Origin: Planctomycetota bacterium
GTDB taxonomy: Bacteria; Planctomycetota; UBA11346
Assembly (NCBI GenBank): GCA_027859175.1
Contig: JAQIBG010000084.1
Coordinates: 1 to 61,235, forward strand
Length of the DNA stretch: 61,235 nt
Direction of reading: 5' to 3'
The notes under the pieces are model-generated. The model saw only the letters and a program-made list of their open reading frames with translations, was not told where the DNA came from and did no database searches. The number at the start of each line of letters is the position of its first letter. Position 1 is the first letter of the stretch. Both the position numbers and the translations under genes were made by a program. Shown in pieces: positions 46,814 to 55,700 of the stretch.

Positions 46814-48787
46814 CTAGCGGCGACGACGCCGCGTTGGTTCGCGCTCCTTGGTGGCCACCGCAGCCGCCTGCTTGAGACCGAACGGCCCCATCACCACGCC
46901 AACCACGGCCGCAATTGCGATTGCGGCGCCAAGCAGACAAACCAACCACAGCCGCCTACTCGCGGCCTGAAAATCTTCGGCCGAGATATCGAGCCACACC
47001 GCCACTTCACCCTCGCCAATGCGCGACTTGAAGCGCCACGCCGACACTTCGCCCGACGCGGTCGGAATCATCAGCGGGTAGCAGCTCACGTGCTCCGGCA
47101 GGCCGTCGGTAATCGCAGCGGCGCTGCTGAACACGGTGTTGCGCACCTGGCGTTCGCCAACCACGGCGCCGCCGAAGCGCCCACCCTCAACCGTGATCGA
47201 CAGAATACCGGCCTGCTCCGGATGCCCATACCAAGCGCGCGCAGCTTCGAGCGCATCGAATAACACGTGGTCTTGGCTGTCGTCGTAGTCGTCTACCAAC
47301 TCGGTGGCAGTGGTGACATGGGCCGCCAACATCTGCACCAGCTCAGCGCGGTCGTGAACGGCCTGCTTACGCAGGGCGCGCTGACCCATCCAGCCCATGG
47401 TGAGCGCCAACACCGCAATCGCGGCACAGGCAGCGCTGGCCACAATCAGACGCAAGCGCTGGCTCTGCCGCACCGCGCGCAATTGCCGCTGATGGCGCGC
47501 CTTGGCGCGACGCAAAATCGGCTCATGGGCATCGCGGTGCGAGAGATGATCACAGTCGTCAGTGAGGTCGCTGGCTTCTTCGGCCAATGACAGGGCCAGG
47601 TCGGCGCGCTGATTGTCGGTCGCCCAGCTAGCGTGCGCCACCAAGGCTTCGTAGTGCACCACGTCGGCCTCTGAACGCAGCGGCGACGAGTCTTCAACCT
47701 GACTCGCCAACAACACCGCGTTGCCGAAATGCCGAGCGGCGTTCTCTTTGCCGGTGCCGCCTTTGCGGAGCTCACTCAAAGCGCCGCGCACCAACACCCG
47801 GTCTTGCCGCTCGGTGCGATACAGGCGAATCGCAGCGGCAAAATCTTGCACGCTCTGAGTCCGCTTGGCTGGATCGGCAAACAGCGCACGCGCCAATATT
47901 TTGCCGAGCCCTGCGCGACGATCCAAGCCCTTGCGCGGCCACGGCACTTCGCCGCGGCCAGCGGCCGACAGGGCGCCGCGCACGCCGCCTTCGGAACGGC
48001 GGGTCACGTCGAACACCACTTCCATCAAACTGGTGGCCAGCAGATAAACATCAGTCCACGGGCCAAACAGGCCCAGCTCGCCACGCGCCTGCTCCGGCGC
48101 CATGTAGGCCGGGCTGCCGTGCAAGGTGCGCCCGGCATGATCGAGCCGTGGCACCAGGCCAGGCCAGTCACCGCTCATGGCATGGGCGCAGCCCCAGTCC
48201 ATCAACTGGACCTCACCAAACGAGCCCACCATCACATTCGCCGGCTTGATATCGAGATGCAGAATTCCGCGGTCGTGCGAGAACGCGAGCGCATCGCACA
48301 CCCGCAGCAAAACGTCTAGGTGGGCGTCGATGTCAAAACTGCCGTTGGTGCGCTGATCGGCCGCAAGATCGCGCCAGGTGCGACCCCGCACGCGCTTCAT
48401 CACCAACTGAATGCCACCGCCGCTGCTCTGCCGCAGTTCGTGCACCGGCACAATGTTGGGGTGCTCTAGGCCAGCCGTGACCACCGCCTCCGACAAGAAG
48501 CGCAACCAGCGTTCGCCGCCAGCATCCGCCTTCTGCAACTCCTTGACCGCCACTTCGCGCGCCAACACGGTTTGATGTGCCACCATCACGCGCGAGGTGC
48601 CACCCACGCCGAGTTCGCCGAGAATCTTCAGCTGGTCTTTGGGTAAATCGAGGGCGCCCGCTGACGGCAGTCGCGGCTTGATCGTATGCCGCGGATCAAC
48701 CGTGGCGGTTGCCGTCTCATCCCACAGCTGCTTGAGCTCTGGATCGTTGCTGCTGGGGTCGCTCTCGACGTTCACGGAAATGGCCAC
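46814..48787 (-). CDS. Membrane-bound Hanks-type Ser/Thr protein kinase with two C-terminal TM helices
   Basis: LGVGG, VAVK, LEHPNIVPVH, HLDIKPANVM, MDWG, GSPAYMAPEQ, TDVY. Confidence 0.92.
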   Translation of the reverse strand: MAISVNVESDPSSNDPELKQLWDETATATVDPRHTIKPRLPSAGALDLPKDQLKILGELGVGGTSRVMVAHQTVLAREVAVKELQKADAGGERWLRFLSEAVVTAGLEHPNIVPVHELRQSSGGGIQLVMKRVRGRTWRDLAADQRTNGSFDIDAHLDVLLRVCDALAFSHDRGILHLDIKPANVMVGSFGEVQLMDWGCAHAMSGDWPGLVPRLDHAGRTLHGSPAYMAPEQARGELGLFGPWTDVYLLATSLMEVVFDVTRRSEGGVRGALSAAGRGEVPWPRKGLDRRAGLGKILARALFADPAKRTQSVQDFAAAIRLYRTERQDRVLVRGALSELRKGGTGKENAARHFGNAVLLASQVEDSSPLRSEADVVHYEALVAHASWATDNQRADLALSLAEEASDLTDDCDHLSHRDAHEPILRRAKARHQRQLRAVRQSQRLRLIVASAACAAIAVLALTMGWMGQRALRKQAVHDRAELVQMLAAHVTTATELVDDYDDSQDHVLFDALEAARAWYGHPEQAGILSITVEGGRFGGAVVGERQVRNTVFSSAAAITDGLPEHVSCYPLMIPTASGEVSAWRFKSRIGEGEVAVWLDISAEDFQAASRRLWLVCLLGAAIAIAAVVGVVMGPFGLKQAAAVATKEREPTRRRRR

Positions 48788-48866
48788 CCTAGGTGTGCGA
48801 GCGCGGCATCACAAGGCACCCCCACTAAAGCGCAAGGGCGTGAGTGAGGCCCGGGGCCAAGGGGCC

Positions 48867-49436
48867 TCACGCGCTACGGGCGTCGTAGCGGCCAATCGGC
48901 CAACGCTCAAGGGTGCGATAGCGCCGGCCGTCACCGAGTGGATCGCTAGCCAACAAACACAGCTCCTGCGCCACGCAAGACCCCCACTCGGCCAAACCGT
49001 GGGCCTCCAACAGGCGCGGCCAAGCGTCATCACCATCACCTCGGCCACTGGGCCGACACAAGGTGATGTGCGGATGGAAATGGTGTTCGGGCCGCATCCC
49101 TAAGGCGTCATGCACATCGAGGTGGAGGTCCATGCACCAGCCCCCTGGATCGTCCACGGCGGCATACACCGTCTTGGGCTCGCGGCGGCCACCAAAGGCG
49201 CCCAGACCCGGCAGGCGCAAGTCGGGCGGACACAGGGCCGAACCCACATCAGCCACGCTCCACGGCACCGAGCGCAGCTCGGCGGCATCAATATGACCGA
49301 GGAAGCAGATGGTGATGTGGTAGTCTTCTGGATCGACCCAGCGGGCGTTGAGACCCCAGCGCTGCAAACGCTCAGCTATGGCGGCGAGGCGATCGCGCGT
49401 GGCACCATCGGGGCGGATCGCGAGGAAGTGGTTCAT
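48867..49436 (-). CDS. thpR: RNA 2',3'-cyclic phosphodiesterase (2H phosphoesterase)
   Basis: Two HxT motifs (YHITICFLG, FHPHITLCR); FLAI start and RY near the end. Confidence 0.88.
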   Translation of the reverse strand: MNHFLAIRPDGATRDRLAAIAERLQRWGLNARWVDPEDYHITICFLGHIDAAELRSVPWSVADVGSALCPPDLRLPGLGAFGGRREPKTVYAAVDDPGGWCMDLHLDVHDALGMRPEHHFHPHITLCRPSGRGDGDDAWPRLLEAHGLAEWGSCVAQELCLLASDPLGDGRRYRTLERWPIGRYDARSA

Positions 49437-49645
49437 AGCACTGCTTTCATCGCCAAAGCATCACAAAGCCCTGCCGCTAGCGATAGCCACCGAGAGGCGG
49501 AACAGCGCTTGCCAGCAAGACCGGAAAGATTCCTACCACGTTAGCGACATCAGGGCCCCCTGTCACGTATCGAAACGCTGCATCCCACGCCACTCACAGC
49601 CACGCTCACGATTGCCTTGTTCGCCCGCCGGCGAGGGGCAAAAAG

Positions 49646-50494
49646 GTGATCGTGGCCACCTTGAACGTCAACTCCTGCCTCGAAACCTGGATCGCTGCCG
49701 CCGTCAGCTCGGAGGCAATGGCGTGGCTGCACGCGGCCTGCCAGGATGCGGCCACCGGGCCCCTGCGACAGTGGATCACCACCTTCGCTCTGGTTCCCCG
49801 TCGGCTTGGCAAAGAACCGCTCGCGGTTGATCTCGCCACCGCCGAAGCGGCCCGGCCGGGCTGGCAGCCCCAGGGCCTACGAGTTGACCAGGCCGCACGC
49901 CTGCGCCTGCTCCTGGCCTGCCAGAGCGGCGACGTGTTTGATCGCTGCGAGCAGATCGCCGCCACCGCCGACAGCAACGAACTCGAAACGCTGTATCGCG
50001 GCCTCCCACTCTACCCGCAGCCTGAGCGCTACCGAGCACGTGCCGCCGAAGGTTGCCGCAGCAACATCCGCGCCCTGTTCTGCGCCGTGGCGCACCGCAA
50101 CCCCTTCCCCGCTGAGCAATTCGACGACGGCGCTTGGAACCAAATGGTGCTCAAGGCCTTGTTCATCGAAACGGCGCTGGCCCCCATCAGCGGGCTCGAC
50201 ACGCGGCGCAACCTGGCCTTGGCCACCATGCTCACCGATTACGCCGCCGAGCGCCGGGCCGCTAGCCGCCCGGTCGCGGTTGAGCTCTGGCGCTGCGTGG
50301 CGCCGTACGCCAACGAACGCGCCCTTGCCATTCTTCACGATCTGCTGCGCACCGGCACCGAGCCCGAACGCGTAGCCGCGGCACTGGCTCTCCATGAAGC
50401 CATCGGCGACGTCCCTGGTGATCCGGAGCGGGAGGCCGCCATTAGTGGCGGGACGCTGAATTGGGATCAGCTGGCCCCTGAGGAACAAACGTAG
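49646..50494 (+). CDS. eboA: EboA domain-containing protein
   Basis: DQAARLRLL, LYRGLP, EGCRSN, NPFPAEQFDDGAWNQMVLKALF, DYAAERRAASR; start codon uncertain. Confidence 0.8.
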   Translation: MIVATLNVNSCLETWIAAAVSSEAMAWLHAACQDAATGPLRQWITTFALVPRRLGKEPLAVDLATAEAARPGWQPQGLRVDQAARLRLLLACQSGDVFDRCEQIAATADSNELETLYRGLPLYPQPERYRARAAEGCRSNIRALFCAVAHRNPFPAEQFDDGAWNQMVLKALFIETALAPISGLDTRRNLALATMLTDYAAERRAASRPVAVELWRCVAPYANERALAILHDLLRTGTEPERVAAALALHEAIGDVPGDPEREAAISGGTLNWDQLAPEEQT

Positions 50495-50496
50495 GG

Positions 50497-50642
50497 GAGT
50501 TTCAGGTTTCGAGTTTGGAGTTTGGAGTTTGTGGGTCGGGCTTGGATCGGTTTTGCGATTGGGCCCATACGGCTGCGACCCCGCCTTTAGCAGGCGGGGT
50601 CGCACGGTGGCTTCCCAACTCGAAACCCGAAACTCGAAACTC
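50497..50642. repeat. Intergenic element with inverted (GAGTTTS)n / (GAAACTC)n heptamer arms and a hairpin core
   Basis: GAGTTTCAGGTTTCGAGTTTGGAGTTTGGAGTTT ... AACTCGAAACCCGAAACTCGAAACTC; core TGCGACCCCGCCT-TTAGC-AGGCGGGGTCGCA. Confidence 0.88.
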
Positions 50643-51255
50643 ACTTATCCTTCTTGCCACCCTGGTTCTGCTGGCGCTTCTGGTGCATGGCCTTGGCGCG
50701 CCGCATCTCGTCGCGATCCAGGGTGCCGTCTCCATTCTGGTCGAGCTTGGCGAACAGCTCGGGATGTTCGGCCTGAAGCTTGGCCACTCGCTCGGCGACG
50801 CGTTCTTGCACGGCCGCGCGGGCTGCCTGCCTTTCGCCCTCATCGAGCTGGCCGTCGCCGTTGGTATCAAAACGCTCGATGATTTCGTCGCGATGTTCGC
50901 CGTCTCGTTGTCCACGCTTGTCGGCAAACTGCTCACGCGCCGCGGCCCGCTCGGCCTCACTCAGGGTGCCATCGCCGTCGCTGTCTAACTGCTGCTTCTT
51001 AGCCTGCAGATGCTTGCGCGCGCCTTGCAGCTCCTCCCGGCTCAGCTGACCGTCGCCATTGCGGTCAACGCGCTCAAACACCTTCGGATGGTCTGCCAAA
51101 CGCTCGGCGATCGCCGCTGCTTGCTCGTCCGTCATCTGCTTACCGGCCTGGTGATGACCCTCGCCGCGCTGCGGGCCGTTGGATTCGGCCGCCATGACGG
51201 GCGTGATGCCGAGCAGACTGGCAAGGGCGAGGAGGCTGATGGTTTTGGTGAACAT
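50641..51255 (-). CDS. Secreted EF-hand domain protein
   Basis: GGAAGGA RBS; signal peptide; four loops DRNGDGQLSREE, DSDGDGTLSEAE, DTNGDGQLDEGE, DQNGDGTLDRDE. Confidence 0.9.
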   Translation of the reverse strand: MFTKTISLLALASLLGITPVMAAESNGPQRGEGHHQAGKQMTDEQAAAIAERLADHPKVFERVDRNGDGQLSREELQGARKHLQAKKQQLDSDGDGTLSEAERAAAREQFADKRGQRDGEHRDEIIERFDTNGDGQLDEGERQAARAAVQERVAERVAKLQAEHPELFAKLDQNGDGTLDRDEMRRAKAMHQKRQQNQGGKKDK

Positions 51256-51302
51256 GACGTTTCCTTCCGTAGGTGGGTCCGGCTTGAGGACGGTGGATTG
51301 TA

Positions 51303-51318
51303 TGCGTCAAGCGTGCCA
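51303..51318 (-). promoter_or_regulatory. Putative sigma54 (-24/-12) promoter of the EF-hand gene
   Basis: Minus strand TGGCACGCTTGACGCA: GG-N10-GC with a perfect TGGCACG box, about 48 nt before the ATG. Confidence 0.6.
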
Positions 51319-51457
51319 AACGCTAGCACCGCTTTAGGGGCCTGCCGCTGTCGGATTAGCCCTAAAAGCGTGTTGGCGTGGGGGATTCCCCGACAAGGCT
51401 TCATGCCGGCGGCCTGAAGGGCTATCCCAGCAGCGCGCGCGTGCTAAGGTCGTCAGC

Positions 51458-52201
51458 ATGGCGGACTTCGACCCCCACTCTGATCCCGCAGGCGAACCCG
51501 CCCCCGAGCCGGCGGCCGACGCGCTTAGCGAGGCCGCTGCTGCGCCCAGTACGGCCCTGCTGTCTCCATTGAGCATCCTCGGCATCATCAGCCTGGTGGT
51601 AGCAGCCGGCCTCACGGCCGCTTTATTGCTGCGTGGCGAGGGCAGCCCGGTGGTGGCCCTGGCGATCGGGGCCACCAGTACCGGTCTCCTCGGCGGCTGG
51701 CTGGTCACCTGGGGCCGGCCCGCCAAGCTGCTGTTGGCCTTGGCACTTGGCTTACTCGGCACCTCGGCATTCACCTTCAGCTTCGGCTGGTTCAACATGT
51801 CGTGGATTATCTCGGGCGCAGGCGGTGGCTGCCTGGGCGCCTGGGCCTACGCGCGGCGCCATCGTGCGGTACGCGCCACCTACACGCTGCTGGCCTCCGG
51901 CTACTTGGTGGCGGTGGCCGCGGCCCTGCTCGCCGCGATGCGCACCCAAGGCCACTGGTGGATCATCGGGCAAGGGCTTGGCTCGCTGATTCTGGGCGGC
52001 CTGCTGCTGCGCTTTGGGACCAGCGACGCCCCGGTGCATGAAGCGACTATCGGCAGCGACGCAGCCCCTGCCGTACCGCGGCAACACGGTCGCCTGCGCA
52101 TCACCGGCCGCCTCTTGATTGTGGCCGGAATTCTGCTGCCCTACCTTGGCTTGGCGCTGATGGCGCTCGGCAAAGCGATGAACCGCGCTGTAACTGGATA
52201 G
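51458..52201 (+). CDS. Hypothetical multi-pass membrane protein
   Basis: About 7 hydrophobic segments after an acidic/Pro N-terminus. Confidence 0.7.
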   Translation: MADFDPHSDPAGEPAPEPAADALSEAAAAPSTALLSPLSILGIISLVVAAGLTAALLLRGEGSPVVALAIGATSTGLLGGWLVTWGRPAKLLLALALGLLGTSAFTFSFGWFNMSWIISGAGGGCLGAWAYARRHRAVRATYTLLASGYLVAVAAALLAAMRTQGHWWIIGQGLGSLILGGLLLRFGTSDAPVHEATIGSDAAPAVPRQHGRLRITGRLLIVAGILLPYLGLALMALGKAMNRAVTG

Positions 52202-52206
52202 GCCTC

Positions 52207-52557
52207 ATGATTCCGCAAGACGTGCACAATCAGTTTGCCGCCATCGTGATGCACAAAGGCTGGGGCGACGCCGAAACGTGGCTGCGCGAGCACCACGGCG
52301 AGTGCGACGTGGCCGCAATCCGAACCCGCCTCCAAGCCGAGCTACGCTTTGAGGCCAAGGTCAGCCTTGTTGTATTAATTGTGTCGGTGGTGGCCCCGAT
52401 CCTGGTTATCGCCAGCTACTACCTTTTCGCCGCCGGCCTGCAGGCCGTGACCGGCCGCATGGCGATGCTGCTCGTCTTGGTCATCGTCGGCATCATCGCC
52501 CTTGGTGGCTTCGCCGCCTGGCAATCGATGACACGGTGTAAGGTGATGGCGCGGTAA
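52207..52557 (+). CDS. Hypothetical 2-TM membrane protein
   Basis: Starts 5 nt after the previous stop; two C-terminal TM segments. Confidence 0.7.
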   Translation: MIPQDVHNQFAAIVMHKGWGDAETWLREHHGECDVAAIRTRLQAELRFEAKVSLVVLIVSVVAPILVIASYYLFAAGLQAVTGRMAMLLVLVIVGIIALGGFAAWQSMTRCKVMAR

Positions 52558-52582
52558 TGAGCGCCCATGGGGCCATGGGCTA

Positions 52583-52752
52583 AGGTCCTGGGTCCTGGGA
52601 CGCGGCGCTTGGATCTTGGGAACAGCCGGGGAGTGTCCGGCCCAAGGGCTAGTTTTGCAGGCAAGCCCGGCTGTCCCTACGACCCACGACCCACAGCGCC
52701 CATCGGGCGCGAACCCAGGATCAGACCACAGCGCGAACCCAAAACCAAGGAC
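52583..52752. repeat. Third copy of the GGTCCTG-armed element family
   Basis: Begins AGGTCCTGGGTCCTGGGACGCG as at 23097 and 23233; ACAGCCGGG..CCCGGCTGT stem; CGACCCACGACCCA and degenerate ACCCAGGA right arm. Confidence 0.8.
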
Positions 52753-52760
52753 AGCTGACC

Positions 52761-55700
52761 TCAGTCTTGCTTGGCCTCAAACTCCGCGACTTGTGCCAGC
52801 AGGTCTTGAATGACCTCGCGGGACAAGGCGTCGCGCTGCTCCATGTCGGCGCGGGCTTTTTCGACGGCCGTTTTGGCGTCGAGCACCAATTGCCGCATCA
52901 GCGCTTCGCGCTCCTTGAAACGTGACTCGAGGCTGGTCTCTTCGCGCTCGCGCCGGTTGGCAGCCGCAAGCTTGGCCATCGGGTTCTTGTCTTTGCGGTG
53001 GGCCTGGTGCACCTCGGCCAGTTCGGCCTCGAGCTTTTCTTTTTCGGCCAACAAGCTGTTGCGCTCGGCTTCGAGTTCGGCCAAGAGCTCACTAGAGGCC
53101 TCGACTGCACTGGCACTGCGCGCTTGCTGTAACGCGCTGGCCAATTCGTCGCGCTCGCCTTCAACCTGCTCGAGGCGCGAACGCATCGAGGCGGCTTCGC
53201 CCTCTACCTCGCTGAGGCGGCGGAAGGTTTTGACGCGTTCTTCGCCGTTGTCTTCGGCAGCGGCCACACGTTGATCGAGCTTTTGCCGCTCGGCGTCGAG
53301 TTCAGCCAATTGCTGTTCCAAGTCGCCATGCGCAGTTTCGGCGCGTTCGGCGCGGGTATTGACCGCAGCAACTTGGTTGGCCAAGCGATCGCGCTCTTCG
53401 ATCACCGTGTTAAAGCGCGCCCGCGCTGTTTCGAGCTCGGCCCGCAATTTGTCGATGACCTCGTTGGCACCAGCCACCTGCTGAGCCAGCTTGTCGCTAT
53501 CAGCACCAGACTCATCGATGGCCGTGAGCTGGGTTTCCAGCTCGGCTATCCGCTCAACGCGCTCGGCCGCTTCGGCGCCGGAGCGTTCCAACTCGGCTTC
53601 GACATCGGCCAGACGGGCGGCGTCGGCGTCGGTCTCAGCCAAGCGCTTCTCAAGCGTGGCGATCTGCTCAGCGCTCTCGCTGCGCACCTGCGCCACGTGC
53701 TCTTCAGCCTGGGCGACGGCGGCGTTCAATTCGGTTTCGAGCTGCTCAATGCGTGCACGCTGTTGGGCCAACTCGGCAGCCTGCTCGCTCGCGCTGGCGC
53801 CCTGGGCCTCAGCGTTACTCCGCAATTCATCGAGCTCAGCCTGCAGCGCATCGCGCTTGCCCGCTACGTCGTCGCGCTTGGCCGCGGCTTCGTCGCGCTG
53901 GCCCTGCACCACCTGAATCCGCTGTTGCAGATCGGCGACGTGCTTGCTCTGACTCGCCAGCTGGTCTTCGAGCTCGGTACGGGTGGCTTCGAGGGCCTCG
54001 GCCGAACTACGCACCAACTCGGTTTCTTGCCGCATCGCCTCCAAGGCGCCTTGCGCATCTTTCGCCTGGCTGCTGTGTTCAGACAGCTGCTGCTCAGCCA
54101 CCGCGAGCTGCTCACGCAATTGCTCGCGCTCGGTTTCGCTGCGCGCCAGCTGTTCGGCCTTGGCGCGGTGAATCTCAAGTTCGGATGCCGTTTCACTGCG
54201 CTTGCGCTGGAGCTCTTCTTGGCCGGCCCGCAGAGCCGCCATATCGCGCTCGAGACCGGCAACCTGTTCACCACGCTCGCCGTGCTCGCGCTGCAAGGTC
54301 TCTAGTTCGGCATCGCGTTCAGCCACGCTAGCGGTGAGTGCAGCTACCTCGGCCTCGCCACTGGCCAGTTGCTGCTTCAGGGCATCGCGTTGCGCATGCG
54401 CCGCCGCCAACTCGCCCTGCAACTCGGCTTCGCGCGTCGTGAGCGCGGTGAGCCGCTCGTGAGCCGCATCGGCAGCGGCCTGCAGTTCTTCAGCAGCGCG
54501 CTCGTGCTGGGCGATATCAGCCCGCAGTTGCTCAATCGATTCGTTGAGGCGAGCGGTTTTGTCATCGGCCGAGCCGCGTGCTTCGTCGAGCTGGCTCTTG
54601 AGACCATCGCGTTCAGCTGCGGTGGCATGCAGGGCTGCGGCCTGCACCTCCAGCTGACCACGCAGCTCGGTGACCATGGTCTGGGCATCGCCGCGCTCTT
54701 GACGCAGTGCGCTGGCGGCCTGCTCGTACGCATCGGCCTCAGTGCCCAAGACCGCGATGCGCTCTTCGAGCTGGGTAATCAACTGACGCTGCTCAGCAAC
54801 GCCGGCGCGCTCGGCTTCGAGCTCGGCGGCAATGCCCTTGCTGGCATCTTCGAGCGCCGTGGCGGTGGCCTCTTGCTCAGCGAGGCGCTCACGCAGCGAT
54901 TCGATCAGTTCTTGATGCTCACTGCTTCGACGTTCGCCACTGGCCTGGGCCGCGGCTAATTGGTCGGCAGTAGCGGTGCGAGCGCGCTCGGCGGCCTCGG
55001 CCGCCGTCCGCGTTTCCTCAACGCTGGCTTGCAGCTGTTCGAGCTCAAGCTGGGCGGCGGCTAATTGATCAGCCAGTTCGGTGCGCGCCTGGCTCGCGCC
55101 TTCGGCAGCGTCACGGCTCTCGTCCAAGCCCGCACGCAAAGATTCGACTTCGGCCTGCGCCGTTGCCAGCTGCTCGCCCAAGTCGCCACGCTCTTGTTCA
55201 ACCCCAGCGGTAGCCTTGCGCCCTGATTCGAGCTCGGCTTCGAGCGTCGCAACGCGGGTTTCGGCGTCGGCCAAACGCTCGGCGGTGTCAGCGCGCACCC
55301 GATCGGCACCATCAGCCGACTCTCGCACGCTGCCAAGCTCAGATTCCAGCTCGGTGCAGCGGGCCTGAGCCGCGCTCAAGGTGTCGTGGGCCTCTTCGAG
55401 TTCGAGATCAAGCGCGGCCAAGGCGTCTTCATGAGCGCTGGCTGCCGCCGCGGTGGCTTGCTCTTGCTCGGCCACACGACCCTGCAGGGCTTCGTACTCG
55501 CTACGCAGGCTGTCTAGCTGGGCTTGGACCGCGGCGCGTTGCTCGCCAGCGGCGGCCAACTCCTGTTCCAGCTCGCCGCAGCGCGCTTGCGCAGCATCGC
55601 GCTCGACACGAAGGGTGTCGCGCGCGGTTTCGGTACCTTCGAGGCGTTCACGCAGAGCTGCACCGTCGGCCTCGGCGGCGGCTAATTTCTCAATCAGCTC

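Noticed and set aside
49437-49645. ncRNA or riboswitch between thpR and eboA
   Set aside because: Only one weak GC hairpin; no recognisable conserved RNA motif
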